A stretch of 64,000 nucleotides of DNA from Candidatus Zixiibacteriota bacterium (GTDB lineage Bacteria; Zixibacteria; MSB-5A5; GN15; JAAZOE01): the NCBI GenBank assembly GCA_043819555.1, contig JBDREQ010000025.1, positions 1-64,000 of the forward strand, written 5' to 3'. Numbering within the stretch: the first letter of the stretch is position 1; each line of letters opens with the position of its first letter. Of the stretch, positions 45,325 to 56,050 are shown piece by piece. The position numbers and the translations under genes are program-made. The notes under the pieces are model-generated. The model did no database searches. It was given only the letters and a program-made list of their open reading frames with translations, and was not told the origin of the DNA.

Positions 45325-46626
45325 ATGCAAGAGACTTACTATTTACATAGCTATGGATGTCAGATGAATGTTGCCGATTCGGGAATTCTATCGGCGGCAA
45401 TGGAAAAAGCGGGATTCGTTCCGGTTCCAAATCCTGACGAGGCTGGCGTTATAATTATTAATACTTGCTCGGTTCGGGAAAGGGCGGAAGAGCGTGCTCT
45501 GGGGCGATTGACGGAACTGGCACGAATTAAGAAAAAAGGGGACAGCCGTATTTGCGTTATTGGTTGTATGGCTCAGAGGATGGGCGAGAAAATACTTGAA
45601 CGGATTCCTGAAATGGATTTTATTTTGGGGACGGAACGGTTATTTGATCTACCGCGACTTCTGAATAATGAATCGGCTAAGCCGGTAGTTGATACTCGCA
45701 TGACTAATGATTTGAATTGGGCGGAGTTTTCTCCTGCCCCCGATAGCCCTTATTCCGCCCATGTTACTATTTCACGCGGATGTAATAATTACTGTGCCTA
45801 TTGTATCGTGCCGTATTTAAGAGGCCCCGAACGTTACCGCGAGGCGGGCGCCATAATAAAAGATATTAATGAATTGACAAGAAAAGGCATTGTGGAAATT
45901 ACATTGGTAGGGCAGAACGTAAATTCATATAATTCGGGACGAATGCATTTTCCGGGACTAATAAAAAATATGATTGACGAAACCGATGTCAAACGAATTC
46001 GTTTTATTACCTCGCACCCGAAAGATTTGTCAGACGATTTGATTGATTTGTTCGCTAGCGAGCAGAAATTGATGGGGCATTTCCATCTGCCTCTCCAAAG
46101 CGGATCGGATAGAATCCTTGACAGGATGTTTCGCAAATATGATTACGCGCATTATCTGAGTTTAATTCACAAATTGCGGCAGGCTCGTTCCAATATCGCG
46201 ATAACAACCGATTTAATTGTTGGATTCCCAACTGAGACAGAAGATGAATTTGGGATGACTCTTGAGGCGGTTCGTGAAATTCGGTTTGATGCGGCGTTTA
46301 TGTTCAGGTATTCGATGCGGGAGGGAACCTGGGCTGCTAAAAATCTTATCGATGATGTTCCCGAAGGGATTAAATTGAAACGCCTTCAGGAGTTGATAGA
46401 TTTGCAAAAGGGTATTTCGTATCAGGTCAATCAAAAGGAAATTGGCCGAATTAGTTCGGTTTTGATTGACGGGACCAGCCGCCGGGATAGATCAGTATGG
46501 AAGGGTAAAACCGAAGGGAATAAAACGATCCTGGTAAAAAATCCGGATGACCTGTTGGGCAAAATTGTAAATTCCCGCGTTAATCGGGCTGACAGCTGGA
46601 CCTTGCATGGAGAACTTGCGGCATGA
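45325..46626 (+). CDS. miaB: tRNA-i6A37 methylthiotransferase
   Basis: YGCQMN..DS, NTCSVRE.AE, GCMAQ, CNNYCAYCIVPY.RG.E, TSHP, TRAM tail. Confidence 0.92.
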   Translation: MQETYYLHSYGCQMNVADSGILSAAMEKAGFVPVPNPDEAGVIIINTCSVRERAEERALGRLTELARIKKKGDSRICVIGCMAQRMGEKILERIPEMDFILGTERLFDLPRLLNNESAKPVVDTRMTNDLNWAEFSPAPDSPYSAHVTISRGCNNYCAYCIVPYLRGPERYREAGAIIKDINELTRKGIVEITLVGQNVNSYNSGRMHFPGLIKNMIDETDVKRIRFITSHPKDLSDDLIDLFASEQKLMGHFHLPLQSGSDRILDRMFRKYDYAHYLSLIHKLRQARSNIAITTDLIVGFPTETEDEFGMTLEAVREIRFDAAFMFRYSMREGTWAAKNLIDDVPEGIKLKRLQELIDLQKGISYQVNQKEIGRISSVLIDGTSRRDRSVWKGKTEGNKTILVKNPDDLLGKIVNSRVNRADSWTLHGELAA

Positions 46627-49574
46627 CCGCTGAACTAATTGGCTCAATTCTATTTTTCGCGCTGACTATTTTTGCGTTGATTTTCAGTTCCATGAAATCG
46701 TCTCGTATTGACAGCGAAAGTTTTCCAAATAAGACACGGTTTTTTAGCGGTTTGATTCTCTGGATGATGGCGTCGATTCTGGCCGTTTTCGTAAGCTGGC
46801 CCGGGTATACGCAATGGTTTATTCCTATCGTATATCCGATTCTGCAAATCTCATTAATAGTATTTTTTCTCGCTGGTTTCTTTCTAGTTCTTACAACCGT
46901 TAACGCCTTTCCGATTCACCTTGATAGTATTCGAAAGGAATCTACCAGCCGGGTTGATAAATATTTACTCCTGGATAATATAAGGCATATCGCGTCGCAG
47001 CCATATTCAATGATGGAACAATTTGCTCTTGTTTTGAAGGAAATAGCGAGTTATCTGGTCATCAAAAAGGGAGCTGTTTTTTTAATTAATCGTGCCCGTG
47101 GTGAAATGTATCTGGCGGCCCAGATTGGCATGAGCCAGGAAGAGATGCATAATCTGGAAAGATTTCCTCTGGGGCAGGATATAATTTCTCGCGCGGCATC
47201 CGAACAACGCTCTTTCATTTCCGATGATCTGGTGGCTTCTGATTCAACCAGCCGCAAATTGATATTGGCCGGGAGGAAGCTGACTTTTTCGGCAGCCGCG
47301 ATTCCATTGAGCGCCAGAGATCTATCGCTGGGAACCCTCCTGGTTTTGTCAAATCAAGCAGGATATTTCGAAAAATCGAAGCGCTTACTTTTGGCAGCGG
47401 CGGCAGAAATCATCGCCCGGGAAATAGAATCCAACAGGCTAATTCGGGAAAATCAAAAATACAGCGGACAGCTTAAGGCCACGCAGGACTTGCTCATTCA
47501 GACTTTCGCCAATGTTAATCATTTGGCCAAATCCGGAGATTATAAAAAACTGCCTGGCGATATTTGTAAGCTATTGGTGGATGGATTTCAGCTATTAGCA
47601 TGTCGAGTTGTTTTGCTATCAAAAGGCAAAATTGAAAATCTGGCCATTCATCAGGCGCCGGCATACCGGCCGGAGCAAAGCGAATCTTATTTAATTGCGG
47701 TTGTTGAATCGATCAGGCGCGGCCAAATGATAATCCTAAATCAGGAGGCCAAAAATCCCGACGAATCGATTTTTATTAATCGCAGTACTTTACTTTGCCC
47801 TTTTAGCCTATGGAGAGGCGGCGATTACGCACTGTTATTGGATTATTCGGGGGGCAGTTTATCAGTAAATGAATCATTGCTTCAGGAAATTGAAAGTTCC
47901 ATTAGCATAATTTCGGTAGCATTAAACATTATAGAGCTAAAAAACTCCGATATTTTAAGCCAAACCGCGGTGACGTCTCTTATTAATATCCTCGAAATTA
48001 AGAATGATTCGGGATTGGATGAGATATACAGAAAATTCTTAAAGGAGATCACCCGGTTCCTGCCGAAATCCGCGGCGGCCATGATATTTGTTTCCGAAAA
48101 CGGACAGGGGTATCGCGTTCAGGCAGGTCATAGCGAAGAAATGAAGGGGTTGACTTTTGTGCCCGGAGAAGGCCCCGTCGGCAAGGCGGCCGCAACAGGC
48201 AGTATTCTTGAATTTAATTCCGCGGGCGAAATTGAAAATGCATGGGCGGATATCGAGCCGATTAATATAGATTTTTTGATAAAGTTTTGCGGCGAGAGGG
48301 GCATTCCGACATTTCAGATAAATATTCCGGTTGTGGTCATGGACGCGGTAATCGCGATTATATCCATATTTGATTTTAATCAGTCATCATTATCAGTGCG
48401 CAAGGAAAAGGGACTTCTGCTGTTGTCAGCTCAATTGCTGTCAATCAAATTGACGGCGTCGGAAATCGACAATCAGATTTTTATGAGTCAGAATGGTTCT
48501 ATAAAAGCCGGTGACAGCGTCGTCTTAAACAGGATAAATAATTACCTGGCGACGATAAGCGGGCGGGCGCAATTATTATCCCGCCAGGCGGATATTTCCG
48601 GGCCGACTCGTTACACGGCCGATGAAATAATGAAAGCTTCCGAATCAGCCGCGGAATCAATCAGCAGGCTGCAGAAATCCATAATCGATAAACAGAGCGC
48701 TCCCGATGAGCAAACGAGCGATTTGGCGATGGCTCTTGAGGAGTATCTGAGTTCGCGGCATATTACAGCGAACTTATATATGTTCGATGATAATCGAACT
48801 ATGATACTTGAAAAAGATATGGATAAGGTGGCTAGATTTGCCATCGGAAATGAAAATCTGATTTCATTAATTGAGTGCATATTGAAGCAATTCGTCAGTT
48901 TCGTCGGGGATGGGGAAGAGGTTCTGCTTAAATCAGTAATCAGCAATGCCGCTTTATATTTTAGTATAATTCGCGGATCGAAAGAGTATACCAAAGATTT
49001 TAAGCCCTCTGATTATGATTATGGAGAACCGGATGTATTGCCCAAGGAATTTATTCCCACTGAAATGATTGGCAAATTGATTAATCTAAATGCCCTTGTT
49101 TCTTTTGATCGTTTTGGACGCCGTCCTACGTATATTTCATTTAAGTTTCCTAATCAGGCTGATGCGAACAATATAATTTCGACGTCTTCAATTGAAGCCA
49201 CAGCCCTGACAATTCTTGCCATTGATGATCAGCAAATGATTTTGGATTTATTATCCGGCATTTGCCAGTCATTGGGATTCCGGCTGACGGCGGTCAAATC
49301 TCCGGCCGAAGGAATGAATCTGATTCGTAACAATAATTATGATATTGTCATGGTTGATCTGGTAATGGGCGATATTTCCGGCTGGGATGTAGCCCGAGAA
49401 GTCAAAAAGCAATCTCCCACGACCCCGGTTGTAATGATGACGGGCTGGGGGATTTCTTTGACTGAAGAACAGACCAACCGCGCCGGTGTTGATTTTACGC
49501 TGGCAAAACCATTTAAGATTGAACAACTTACCGAAGTTATAAGCCGGGCTCGCCAGAAACATAATTCCTATTAA
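46623..49574 (+). CDS. Membrane GAF-domain protein with degenerate kinase core and C-terminal receiver domain
   Basis: Three N-terminal TMs, GAF-like segments, H-box-like NRINNYLATISGRAQLL lacking His, REC with DD, D (VDLVM), T, KPF. Confidence 0.75.
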   Translation: MTAELIGSILFFALTIFALIFSSMKSSRIDSESFPNKTRFFSGLILWMMASILAVFVSWPGYTQWFIPIVYPILQISLIVFFLAGFFLVLTTVNAFPIHLDSIRKESTSRVDKYLLLDNIRHIASQPYSMMEQFALVLKEIASYLVIKKGAVFLINRARGEMYLAAQIGMSQEEMHNLERFPLGQDIISRAASEQRSFISDDLVASDSTSRKLILAGRKLTFSAAAIPLSARDLSLGTLLVLSNQAGYFEKSKRLLLAAAAEIIAREIESNRLIRENQKYSGQLKATQDLLIQTFANVNHLAKSGDYKKLPGDICKLLVDGFQLLACRVVLLSKGKIENLAIHQAPAYRPEQSESYLIAVVESIRRGQMIILNQEAKNPDESIFINRSTLLCPFSLWRGGDYALLLDYSGGSLSVNESLLQEIESSISIISVALNIIELKNSDILSQTAVTSLINILEIKNDSGLDEIYRKFLKEITRFLPKSAAAMIFVSENGQGYRVQAGHSEEMKGLTFVPGEGPVGKAAATGSILEFNSAGEIENAWADIEPINIDFLIKFCGERGIPTFQINIPVVVMDAVIAIISIFDFNQSSLSVRKEKGLLLLSAQLLSIKLTASEIDNQIFMSQNGSIKAGDSVVLNRINNYLATISGRAQLLSRQADISGPTRYTADEIMKASESAAESISRLQKSIIDKQSAPDEQTSDLAMALEEYLSSRHITANLYMFDDNRTMILEKDMDKVARFAIGNENLISLIECILKQFVSFVGDGEEVLLKSVISNAALYFSIIRGSKEYTKDFKPSDYDYGEPDVLPKEFIPTEMIGKLINLNALVSFDRFGRRPTYISFKFPNQADANNIISTSSIEATALTILAIDDQQMILDLLSGICQSLGFRLTAVKSPAEGMNLIRNNNYDIVMVDLVMGDISGWDVAREVKKQSPTTPVVMMTGWGISLTEEQTNRAGVDFTLAKPFKIEQLTEVISRARQKHNSY

Positions 49575-49653
49575 AAAAATTCCATAGATTAATATCTATC
49601 TTCATTTGCCGACAATAATAATTAGGGAGGGCTCATTTAGCAGGAATAAATAT

Positions 49654-50982
49654 ATGAAACAACTAAAATTTATTGACATGATACATCGGGATGATACGCT
49701 TTTGTCTATGCCGCAAAGTTTATCCCAGATGCTCACGCTGGTGGGTTCGAATGACTATTCAATCGATGATTTGATTAAAGTCATTATGAAAGATCCTGGA
49801 TTGGCCAGCCGGATACTTAAGATGGCCAACTCGTCATTTTATGGCTATCGATCGGAAATATCGACACTTCATCAGGCAGTAATGGTCCTTGGGGCAACCC
49901 AGTTAAAATGTTTGGTGCTATCGACTTCAATTTTCAGGTTGCAGAAACTTGAATTTGATTATGATTTCGACATCAAAGGAATGTTTGCTCATATTATTGG
50001 CGTTGGATCATTGTGCAAAAACCTGGCTGATTTTTTGGGTTATAAGAAATCGGATGAATTGTTTGTCGCTGGTCTTTTGCATGATATTGGGCAGCTTTTC
50101 TTCATTCATCATTTTCCCAAGAATTATATGGAGGTTCAGAAAAGGCTTGCCGAATTTCCCTCGCGTCTTGACGCTGAACGAAAAATAATGGGAATCGATC
50201 ATGCCATGATTGGACAAATGCTTGCCGAAAAATGGGGTTTCCCAAAGATACTTATAGACGCGATTGGTGGCCATCATAATTCAATTTCAAATATTAACGG
50301 CAACCGGGAAATGCAAATAATACAACTGGCAGTCTTACTGCACCCTTATTCCTACGCGGATACGCCGACGAAGATTGAAAAACGAATGGTATCAATTGGC
50401 CAGTTATTAAATCTATTAAATATATCCCACAATGATATTGAATCAATTACAAGGAATTTGCCCAATGAGATTTTGACAATTGCGGACAGTTTTGGAATTG
50501 ATATCGGTGATACTTGTGAGCTGCTTTCCCGCGCCAATCGAGAATTGTATAACTCATTTCTTACCATTGAGCATTTATTCCGTGAAAGGCAGGATTTATC
50601 ACAAAAAATCCTATTAGAAGAGAGACGAGTCTCGGCTATGGAGACCAAAAACGTGGCCATTGCGACATTATCTCATTATGTTAATAATGCCGCCATGGCT
50701 ATCTCCGGCCGGGTACAACTTTTGAAGATGCTCAAAGACCAGGGGAAAATAATTGACAATGATGGTCGTTTTGATAACATACTGGAAGTCGTTGAAAAAT
50801 CATTAAAAAAAATCATGGTCGTGATTCTCGAACTGCGAGATTTGACAAACCTGGACGAAATAGAAAAGTATTCTGACTCGAACGCGATCTGCATAGATGA
50901 ACGCATTTTGGAACGGTTAAAAGATTTTGATGACTGGGAAGAGGTAATTTTGCCCGACCGTGAGGCAATGCCAAATAAATAA
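49654..50982 (+). CDS. HDOD-domain protein with C-terminal DHp-like helix pair
   Basis: DPGLASRILKMANSSFY, AGLLHDIG, DHA.IG..LAEKW.FP; tail TLSHYVNN. Confidence 0.8.
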   Translation: MKQLKFIDMIHRDDTLLSMPQSLSQMLTLVGSNDYSIDDLIKVIMKDPGLASRILKMANSSFYGYRSEISTLHQAVMVLGATQLKCLVLSTSIFRLQKLEFDYDFDIKGMFAHIIGVGSLCKNLADFLGYKKSDELFVAGLLHDIGQLFFIHHFPKNYMEVQKRLAEFPSRLDAERKIMGIDHAMIGQMLAEKWGFPKILIDAIGGHHNSISNINGNREMQIIQLAVLLHPYSYADTPTKIEKRMVSIGQLLNLLNISHNDIESITRNLPNEILTIADSFGIDIGDTCELLSRANRELYNSFLTIEHLFRERQDLSQKILLEERRVSAMETKNVAIATLSHYVNNAAMAISGRVQLLKMLKDQGKIIDNDGRFDNILEVVEKSLKKIMVVILELRDLTNLDEIEKYSDSNAICIDERILERLKDFDDWEEVILPDREAMPNK

Positions 50983-51037
50983 TATTGTCCTTTACTCATA
51001 ATACCATTATATTTCAAGATTATTATCAGGAGGAGTA

Positions 51038-52234
51038 ATGCCCCGTTATTTGACGGCCGGAGAGTCGCATGGTTACGGACTTATTGGAATGATTGAATCA
51101 TTTCCGGCTGGAATTCCCATATCACAAGAAAAAATAAATATTCAGCTGGGCCGCCGTCAGCAGGGATTCGGTCGCGGCGGCCGCATGAAAATCGAAAAAG
51201 ATAAAGTTACGATTCTCAGCGGTTTGCGCTACGGTAAGACTCTTGGCTCTCCGATTGCGCTTTTGATTTCCAATAAGGATTGGGTTAATTGGAAAAAAAT
51301 AATGGATCCGATCAAGCCGGTTGCCAGAAATTTAACATCAATGCAAAAAAAACAGGCTTTTGATGTGACGGCTCCTCGTCCGGGACATACCGATCTTGCC
51401 GGAGCCATAAAATATAACACTCATGATTTAAGGAATATTCTGGAGCGCGCCTCAGCCAGGGAAACCGCCGCGCGGGTAGCATGCGGTTCTGTCGCTCGGC
51501 AATTGCTTGGGCATTTCGGCATAAATATAGCATCTCATGTTATTGCGATTGGCGGCATTAAGGCTATAAAGAAACGAATTGATTTTGATATAATTTGCAA
51601 TCTCGCTGACAATTCGCCGGTGAGGTGTGTTGACGCCGAATCGGAAAAAATAATGATAGCCCAGATTAAATCCGCAATGAAATCGCACGATACTTTGGGG
51701 GGTGTATTTGAGATAAGAGCAACCGGTATCCCGGCCGGGTTGGGAAATAACTCTCAGTGGTACCAAAAGTTTGATGCACAGCTGGCAGCGGCCATAATGT
51801 CGATTCATTCGATCAAAGGGGTGGAAATCGGCGAGGGATTTTCCAATGCGGGGAAATCTGGCTCAAAAGTGCACGACCGCATTTATTATGATTCTCCAAA
51901 TAAACATCCGCAATCAAAGGGCTTTCTTAGAAAGACTAATCGAGCCGGTGGAATTGAAGGGGGACTGACGAATGGGAGTGAGCTAATAGTTCGAGGAGCT
52001 TGCAAGCCGATATCGACCCTGATGCAACCGCTGAATACTGTGGATGTTAAAAGCAAAAAAAATGTTCAGGCGATGATTGAAAGGTCCGATATATGTGTCG
52101 TCCCGGCCGCGGCGATTGTCGGCGAGGCAATGGTGGCGATGGTACTTTCCGACGCGTTTCTTGAAAAATTCGGGGGCGATAATCTGGCAGAAATTGAAAA
52201 CAATTATGAAAGTTATCTAAAGGCTGATTTCTAA
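51038..52234 (+). CDS. aroC: Chorismate synthase
   Basis: TAGESHG, RRQ.G.GRG.RM.IE.D, RPGH.DL, ERASARETA, GGIEGG, KPISTL, RSD.C. Confidence 0.96.
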   Translation: MPRYLTAGESHGYGLIGMIESFPAGIPISQEKINIQLGRRQQGFGRGGRMKIEKDKVTILSGLRYGKTLGSPIALLISNKDWVNWKKIMDPIKPVARNLTSMQKKQAFDVTAPRPGHTDLAGAIKYNTHDLRNILERASARETAARVACGSVARQLLGHFGINIASHVIAIGGIKAIKKRIDFDIICNLADNSPVRCVDAESEKIMIAQIKSAMKSHDTLGGVFEIRATGIPAGLGNNSQWYQKFDAQLAAAIMSIHSIKGVEIGEGFSNAGKSGSKVHDRIYYDSPNKHPQSKGFLRKTNRAGGIEGGLTNGSELIVRGACKPISTLMQPLNTVDVKSKKNVQAMIERSDICVVPAAAIVGEAMVAMVLSDAFLEKFGGDNLAEIENNYESYLKADF

Positions 52235-52369
52235 AGAGTTCAATATCTATATTTTCATTAAATTCCGTGCATTTCATAGTTAATTTGGCCGGTGAAAATT
52301 GTTGGCTGAGCCTTATTAATTTTGTACATTTTCAATAATTCAAAATTCAAAATAACTCTGAGGTAAAAT

Positions 52370-53851
52370 ATGAAACTTTCATGTTATGTTTCCAATGTAT
52401 TTGAGATAGCGGCCAAAGCGGCTGTGATTTTCTGCCATAAAAATGAAATTCCAAAAGGCGATGTAATAGAAAAGATCGATATTCTGACCAATGGTGCGGT
52501 CAGTGAGATGTTCGCATCCGGAGAATTTGATGGTTCTGAGGCGAAAGCTGTCATGATACATCAGGTTCCCGAAACAGCTTCCCGCCGAATAATTATTGCC
52601 GGATTGGGCGATAAGAAAACGGTGACTTTTGATACGTATCGTAAAGCGGCCGGAATTGTTGGGAAAATGGCGTTATCACACAAATTAGAGGACGTTTCAT
52701 TTTATTTTGACGGTTCTGCCACTAATCCCATAACCTCGGCGATTTTCGAAGGATTTGTTCTCGGAAGTTATCGCTATGAGGAATATAAATCGGATAAGAA
52801 AGAAATTATCAAATCGATGTCAGTGGTTGTTCCTCAGCAGGGCAAACTGCGCCAGGCGGAAGCCGGTATGGCGCGGGGGGAGATTATAGCCGGCGCGGTG
52901 ACTCATTGCCGCGATTTAGTCAATGCTCCGGGAAATAATCTTTATCCAGAGACGTATGCCAAAGAGGCGGCTCGAATGGCGAAGAAATATAAATTCAATT
53001 GCAAAATCTTAGGCCCCTCAGAAATCAAGAAAGAAAAAATGGGGGCGTTATTATCGGTCAGCAAAGGTTCGGATAATCCGCCTCGTTTCGTAATCCTTGA
53101 ATATAATGGCAGCCCCAAAGGCAAACCGGTCGTGATAATAGGCAAAGGCGTGACTTTTGATTCGGGCGGGCTATCGTTAAAGACAGCGGCAGGCATGATT
53201 GATATGAAAAATGATATGACCGGATCGGCCGTAGTCCTAAATGTAATTGCCGCAGCCGCTCGGTTAAATGCCAAAATAAATTTGGTCGCTCTGATGCCAT
53301 TGGTGGAAAACATGCCTTCGGGTAAAGCCAGCCGTCCCGGTGATGTTGTTATATCACGCGCCGGACATTCAATTGAGATAATCAGTACCGATGCCGAAGG
53401 CCGGTTGATTTTGGCCGATGCTTTGGATTATGCGGAAACATTCGATCCCCAGGCAATTCTTGATATCGCGACATTAACCGGAGCGGCCAAGTATATTCTG
53501 GGTTACGCCGGAGCTGTTTTCGCCGGAAATAATAAGAAACTGATTGATAGTATTCACGCCGCGTCATTCGCGACCGGGGAGAGAGTCTGGGATCTGCCAA
53601 TCTGGAAAGATTTCGAAGACGCCATGAAATCGGATATCGCTGATTTGAAAAATTCCGGAGGCGCTGACGCCGGTACTCTGAAAGCCGCTGCGTTTTTGAA
53701 AAAATTTATAAAAGACAGGGCGTGGGCGCATATTGATATCGCTTATGTCGATCTTGAGCCGAAGGGATTGCCTTATGTTCCCAAAGGGGCAACCGGCTTC
53801 GGTGTGCGATTGCTTCTGGAGCTAATTATGCGCTGGAAAAAAGTTGACTAA
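52370..53851 (+). CDS. pepA: Leucyl aminopeptidase (M17)
   Basis: GKGVTFDSGG, MK.DM.G, ENMPSG, TDAEGRL.LAD, DIATLTGA. Confidence 0.93.
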   Translation: MKLSCYVSNVFEIAAKAAVIFCHKNEIPKGDVIEKIDILTNGAVSEMFASGEFDGSEAKAVMIHQVPETASRRIIIAGLGDKKTVTFDTYRKAAGIVGKMALSHKLEDVSFYFDGSATNPITSAIFEGFVLGSYRYEEYKSDKKEIIKSMSVVVPQQGKLRQAEAGMARGEIIAGAVTHCRDLVNAPGNNLYPETYAKEAARMAKKYKFNCKILGPSEIKKEKMGALLSVSKGSDNPPRFVILEYNGSPKGKPVVIIGKGVTFDSGGLSLKTAAGMIDMKNDMTGSAVVLNVIAAAARLNAKINLVALMPLVENMPSGKASRPGDVVISRAGHSIEIISTDAEGRLILADALDYAETFDPQAILDIATLTGAAKYILGYAGAVFAGNNKKLIDSIHAASFATGERVWDLPIWKDFEDAMKSDIADLKNSGGADAGTLKAAAFLKKFIKDRAWAHIDIAYVDLEPKGLPYVPKGATGFGVRLLLELIMRWKKVD

Positions 53852-53863
53852 ATAATATTTAAG

Positions 53864-53894
53864 AAAAAACCCCGCTTTGAAGCAGGGTTTTTTT
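53864..53894. terminator. Bidirectional intrinsic terminator
   Basis: AAAAAACCCCGCT-TTGA-AGCAGGGTTTTTTT between convergent genes. Confidence 0.75.
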
Positions 53895-53915
53895 ATCAAT
53901 AATTTTCTCTATTTC

Positions 53916-54962
53916 TTAATTTGACCAGGCAGGATTGGAATGATTCCCGGCGCCGGAAAGTGGTGTCAGATTTTCCCCATTAATATCTATAATAAAGATT
54001 GTGCCGTCGGCAGTGGCAAAAGTTATCCATTTTGAATTCGGCGCCCATCCGACCGGATGAGGATTTAGCTGCTGCGAAATAGTGGGAGAGAAAACAAGCC
54101 TGTTTTCGCTAAGATCTGATTTAATGATATATATCCCGGAATTGCGCATGTCGTTACTTACATAAGCCAGCCATTGTCCGTCCGGGGACCATTGGGGGGC
54201 TAAAGCGTTTTTTAGGCCCGGGCTGGGTATTCGGATTTCGCTTTCCGAGAGCATAACATCTTTTGTGTCAATTATCCTGATACCGAAATTCTGAAAGTTA
54301 TATTTATCCGGATTAAGGCTGTAATTGACCAGAAAGGCCATTTTTTTGCCATCCCGCGTAAAAGTCGGCTGCATAAAATTGGTCGATAATGTCTGCCAAT
54401 CCTTGCGGAAATAATCGGCGTGGCCGTCGGCGATACTCACTTTAGTTAATTGCATCGAGGGAACGATATAATCAACAAAGCCGGCGTTAATATCATTGAC
54501 ATAGTAAATCAAAGTGTCATTGTCTGACCACTGGGGATTGGAACCGCCCAATCCGAATGTTGTTCGCGTCCACCAGCCGAGATTAGTTGAGGCGGAATCA
54601 ATATAGGCCAGAAAAATATCATAGAGAACGTGCGCTCCGCCTTCATCTGACGGCAATTTGCTGGCATCTTGCCCTTTGCGAGCAAAAGCAATTTTTTTGT
54701 TGTCAGGAGAGAATGACAGTCGTCCAGAGGCATTAGTTATTTCACAGATAATGCGGCGATTTTTGCCGTCACTATCCATTATCCATATGCCTCCGTCTTT
54801 GATGAATGCAATTGTCCCCAAGGGACGAGGACCTGCATCAATTTTACCTGCATTGAGCGCTGGTTGTTGAGGAGCGGGCTTATCGCTATCCGCAAAGGTA
54901 AATGGCCCGGTTCCGAATATTAACACTAAGGCAATTACAAAGGCAAAATAAATTCGTGTCAT
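53916..54962 (-). CDS. Exported TolB-like (PD40) beta-propeller protein
   Basis: Signal peptide; FSPDNKKIAF, WSPDGQWLAY, PAWS repeats. Confidence 0.75.
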   Translation of the reverse strand: MTRIYFAFVIALVLIFGTGPFTFADSDKPAPQQPALNAGKIDAGPRPLGTIAFIKDGGIWIMDSDGKNRRIICEITNASGRLSFSPDNKKIAFARKGQDASKLPSDEGGAHVLYDIFLAYIDSASTNLGWWTRTTFGLGGSNPQWSDNDTLIYYVNDINAGFVDYIVPSMQLTKVSIADGHADYFRKDWQTLSTNFMQPTFTRDGKKMAFLVNYSLNPDKYNFQNFGIRIIDTKDVMLSESEIRIPSPGLKNALAPQWSPDGQWLAYVSNDMRNSGIYIIKSDLSENRLVFSPTISQQLNPHPVGWAPNSKWITFATADGTIFIIDINGENLTPLSGAGNHSNPAWSN

Positions 54963-55027
54963 CTAAATGTCCTTACCAAAATTCAAAGAAGCTCTAATAT
55001 ATGAATCCGGCCGGTAAGAAACAAGTT

Positions 55028-55897
55028 CTACCAGCAGAAATATCTTTTCAGACCAAATTGAGCCCTGGGTCCGGAAAGATTAAGTTCCACCCGATCGCCG
55101 CTGAAGTTGTATCCAGCCACAACTTCTTCGTTACTGCTATTATACCATTTCATTTTGGTAAAGTTCAGGTATTGATAATTTAATGTGCCTTCGAGTATAA
55201 GCCCGCCCATCTTAATGGGGTACTCGGCCGATACATGAGCTGAAAATCCGGGCGCCGTGCCTGTTAGATTGCCTTCAACCGTTGATGCTGCCTGAGTGCT
55301 TAAGTTAAATCCTGAATAACCATCCCATAAATCCCATTTGGCGAAATACAAACCGGCGCCCCCGCCGACTTTCAGAGCCGCCTTATTTAAAATTCCAAAT
55401 TTGTCCGGTCCGTTAATAAGATAATGATCATAAGAACCAGAAAAACCATAAACCTGAATTTGTGAACTTAAATCAAAATCCGTACGGACATCGGTGTCCT
55501 CCAGATTCAAGCTTGTAAGGTCATAATTGCCGACGTCTTTGCTGCCCATTTTTAGCCAATAAGTCAGGCCAACCTGGGCCGAGGATTTGGGAGATGTCAA
55601 TAACCCGAATCCAAGATAGAACTCTTTGGAATTATAAATGCCATCGATGCTGACCGGATCTCCGGCAGCGGTGGCCATCAGCGGGGATACATGTCCCGTA
55701 AAATAATTGTAATCATTATCCCGATTGAGGCGGCCAAAAGAACCCTGAATTATTAAGTAGCCAACCTTTTTAATTTGGTTTTTCTCTGCCCTTTTAAGGA
55801 ATTTATTGACCAGTTCCTCTTCAGTTTGCGCATACGAAGGGATGGTAAGGAGTAGTGAAACAACAATAATTGCAAAAAAGAATATACGAGTGCGCAT
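55028..55897 (-). CDS. Putative small outer-membrane beta-barrel protein
   Basis: Signal peptide, SD GGAGG, alternating strands, GLKRYFCW end. Confidence 0.6.
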   Translation of the reverse strand: MRTRIFFFAIIVVSLLLTIPSYAQTEEELVNKFLKRAEKNQIKKVGYLIIQGSFGRLNRDNDYNYFTGHVSPLMATAAGDPVSIDGIYNSKEFYLGFGLLTSPKSSAQVGLTYWLKMGSKDVGNYDLTSLNLEDTDVRTDFDLSSQIQVYGFSGSYDHYLINGPDKFGILNKAALKVGGGAGLYFAKWDLWDGYSGFNLSTQAASTVEGNLTGTAPGFSAHVSAEYPIKMGGLILEGTLNYQYLNFTKMKWYNSSNEEVVAGYNFSGDRVELNLSGPRAQFGLKRYFCW

Positions 55898-56000
55898 TTT
55901 AGCCTCCTGTTTAGAAAAATGACAGTTTTGTCATGTTATCGGAAGTAAACGGCGTAATCTTAAGCAAGAAAGTTAGTTTTGGGAAAAATAGCCTGATATA

Positions 56001-56028
56001 AAAAACGCCGGTGTAAACCGGCGTTTTT
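56001..56028 (-). terminator. Intrinsic terminator downstream of PFOR
   Basis: AAAAACGCCGGT-GTAA-ACCGGCGTTTTT. Confidence 0.85.
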
Positions 56029-56050
56029 GTAATGTGCAATAAAAACTAAG

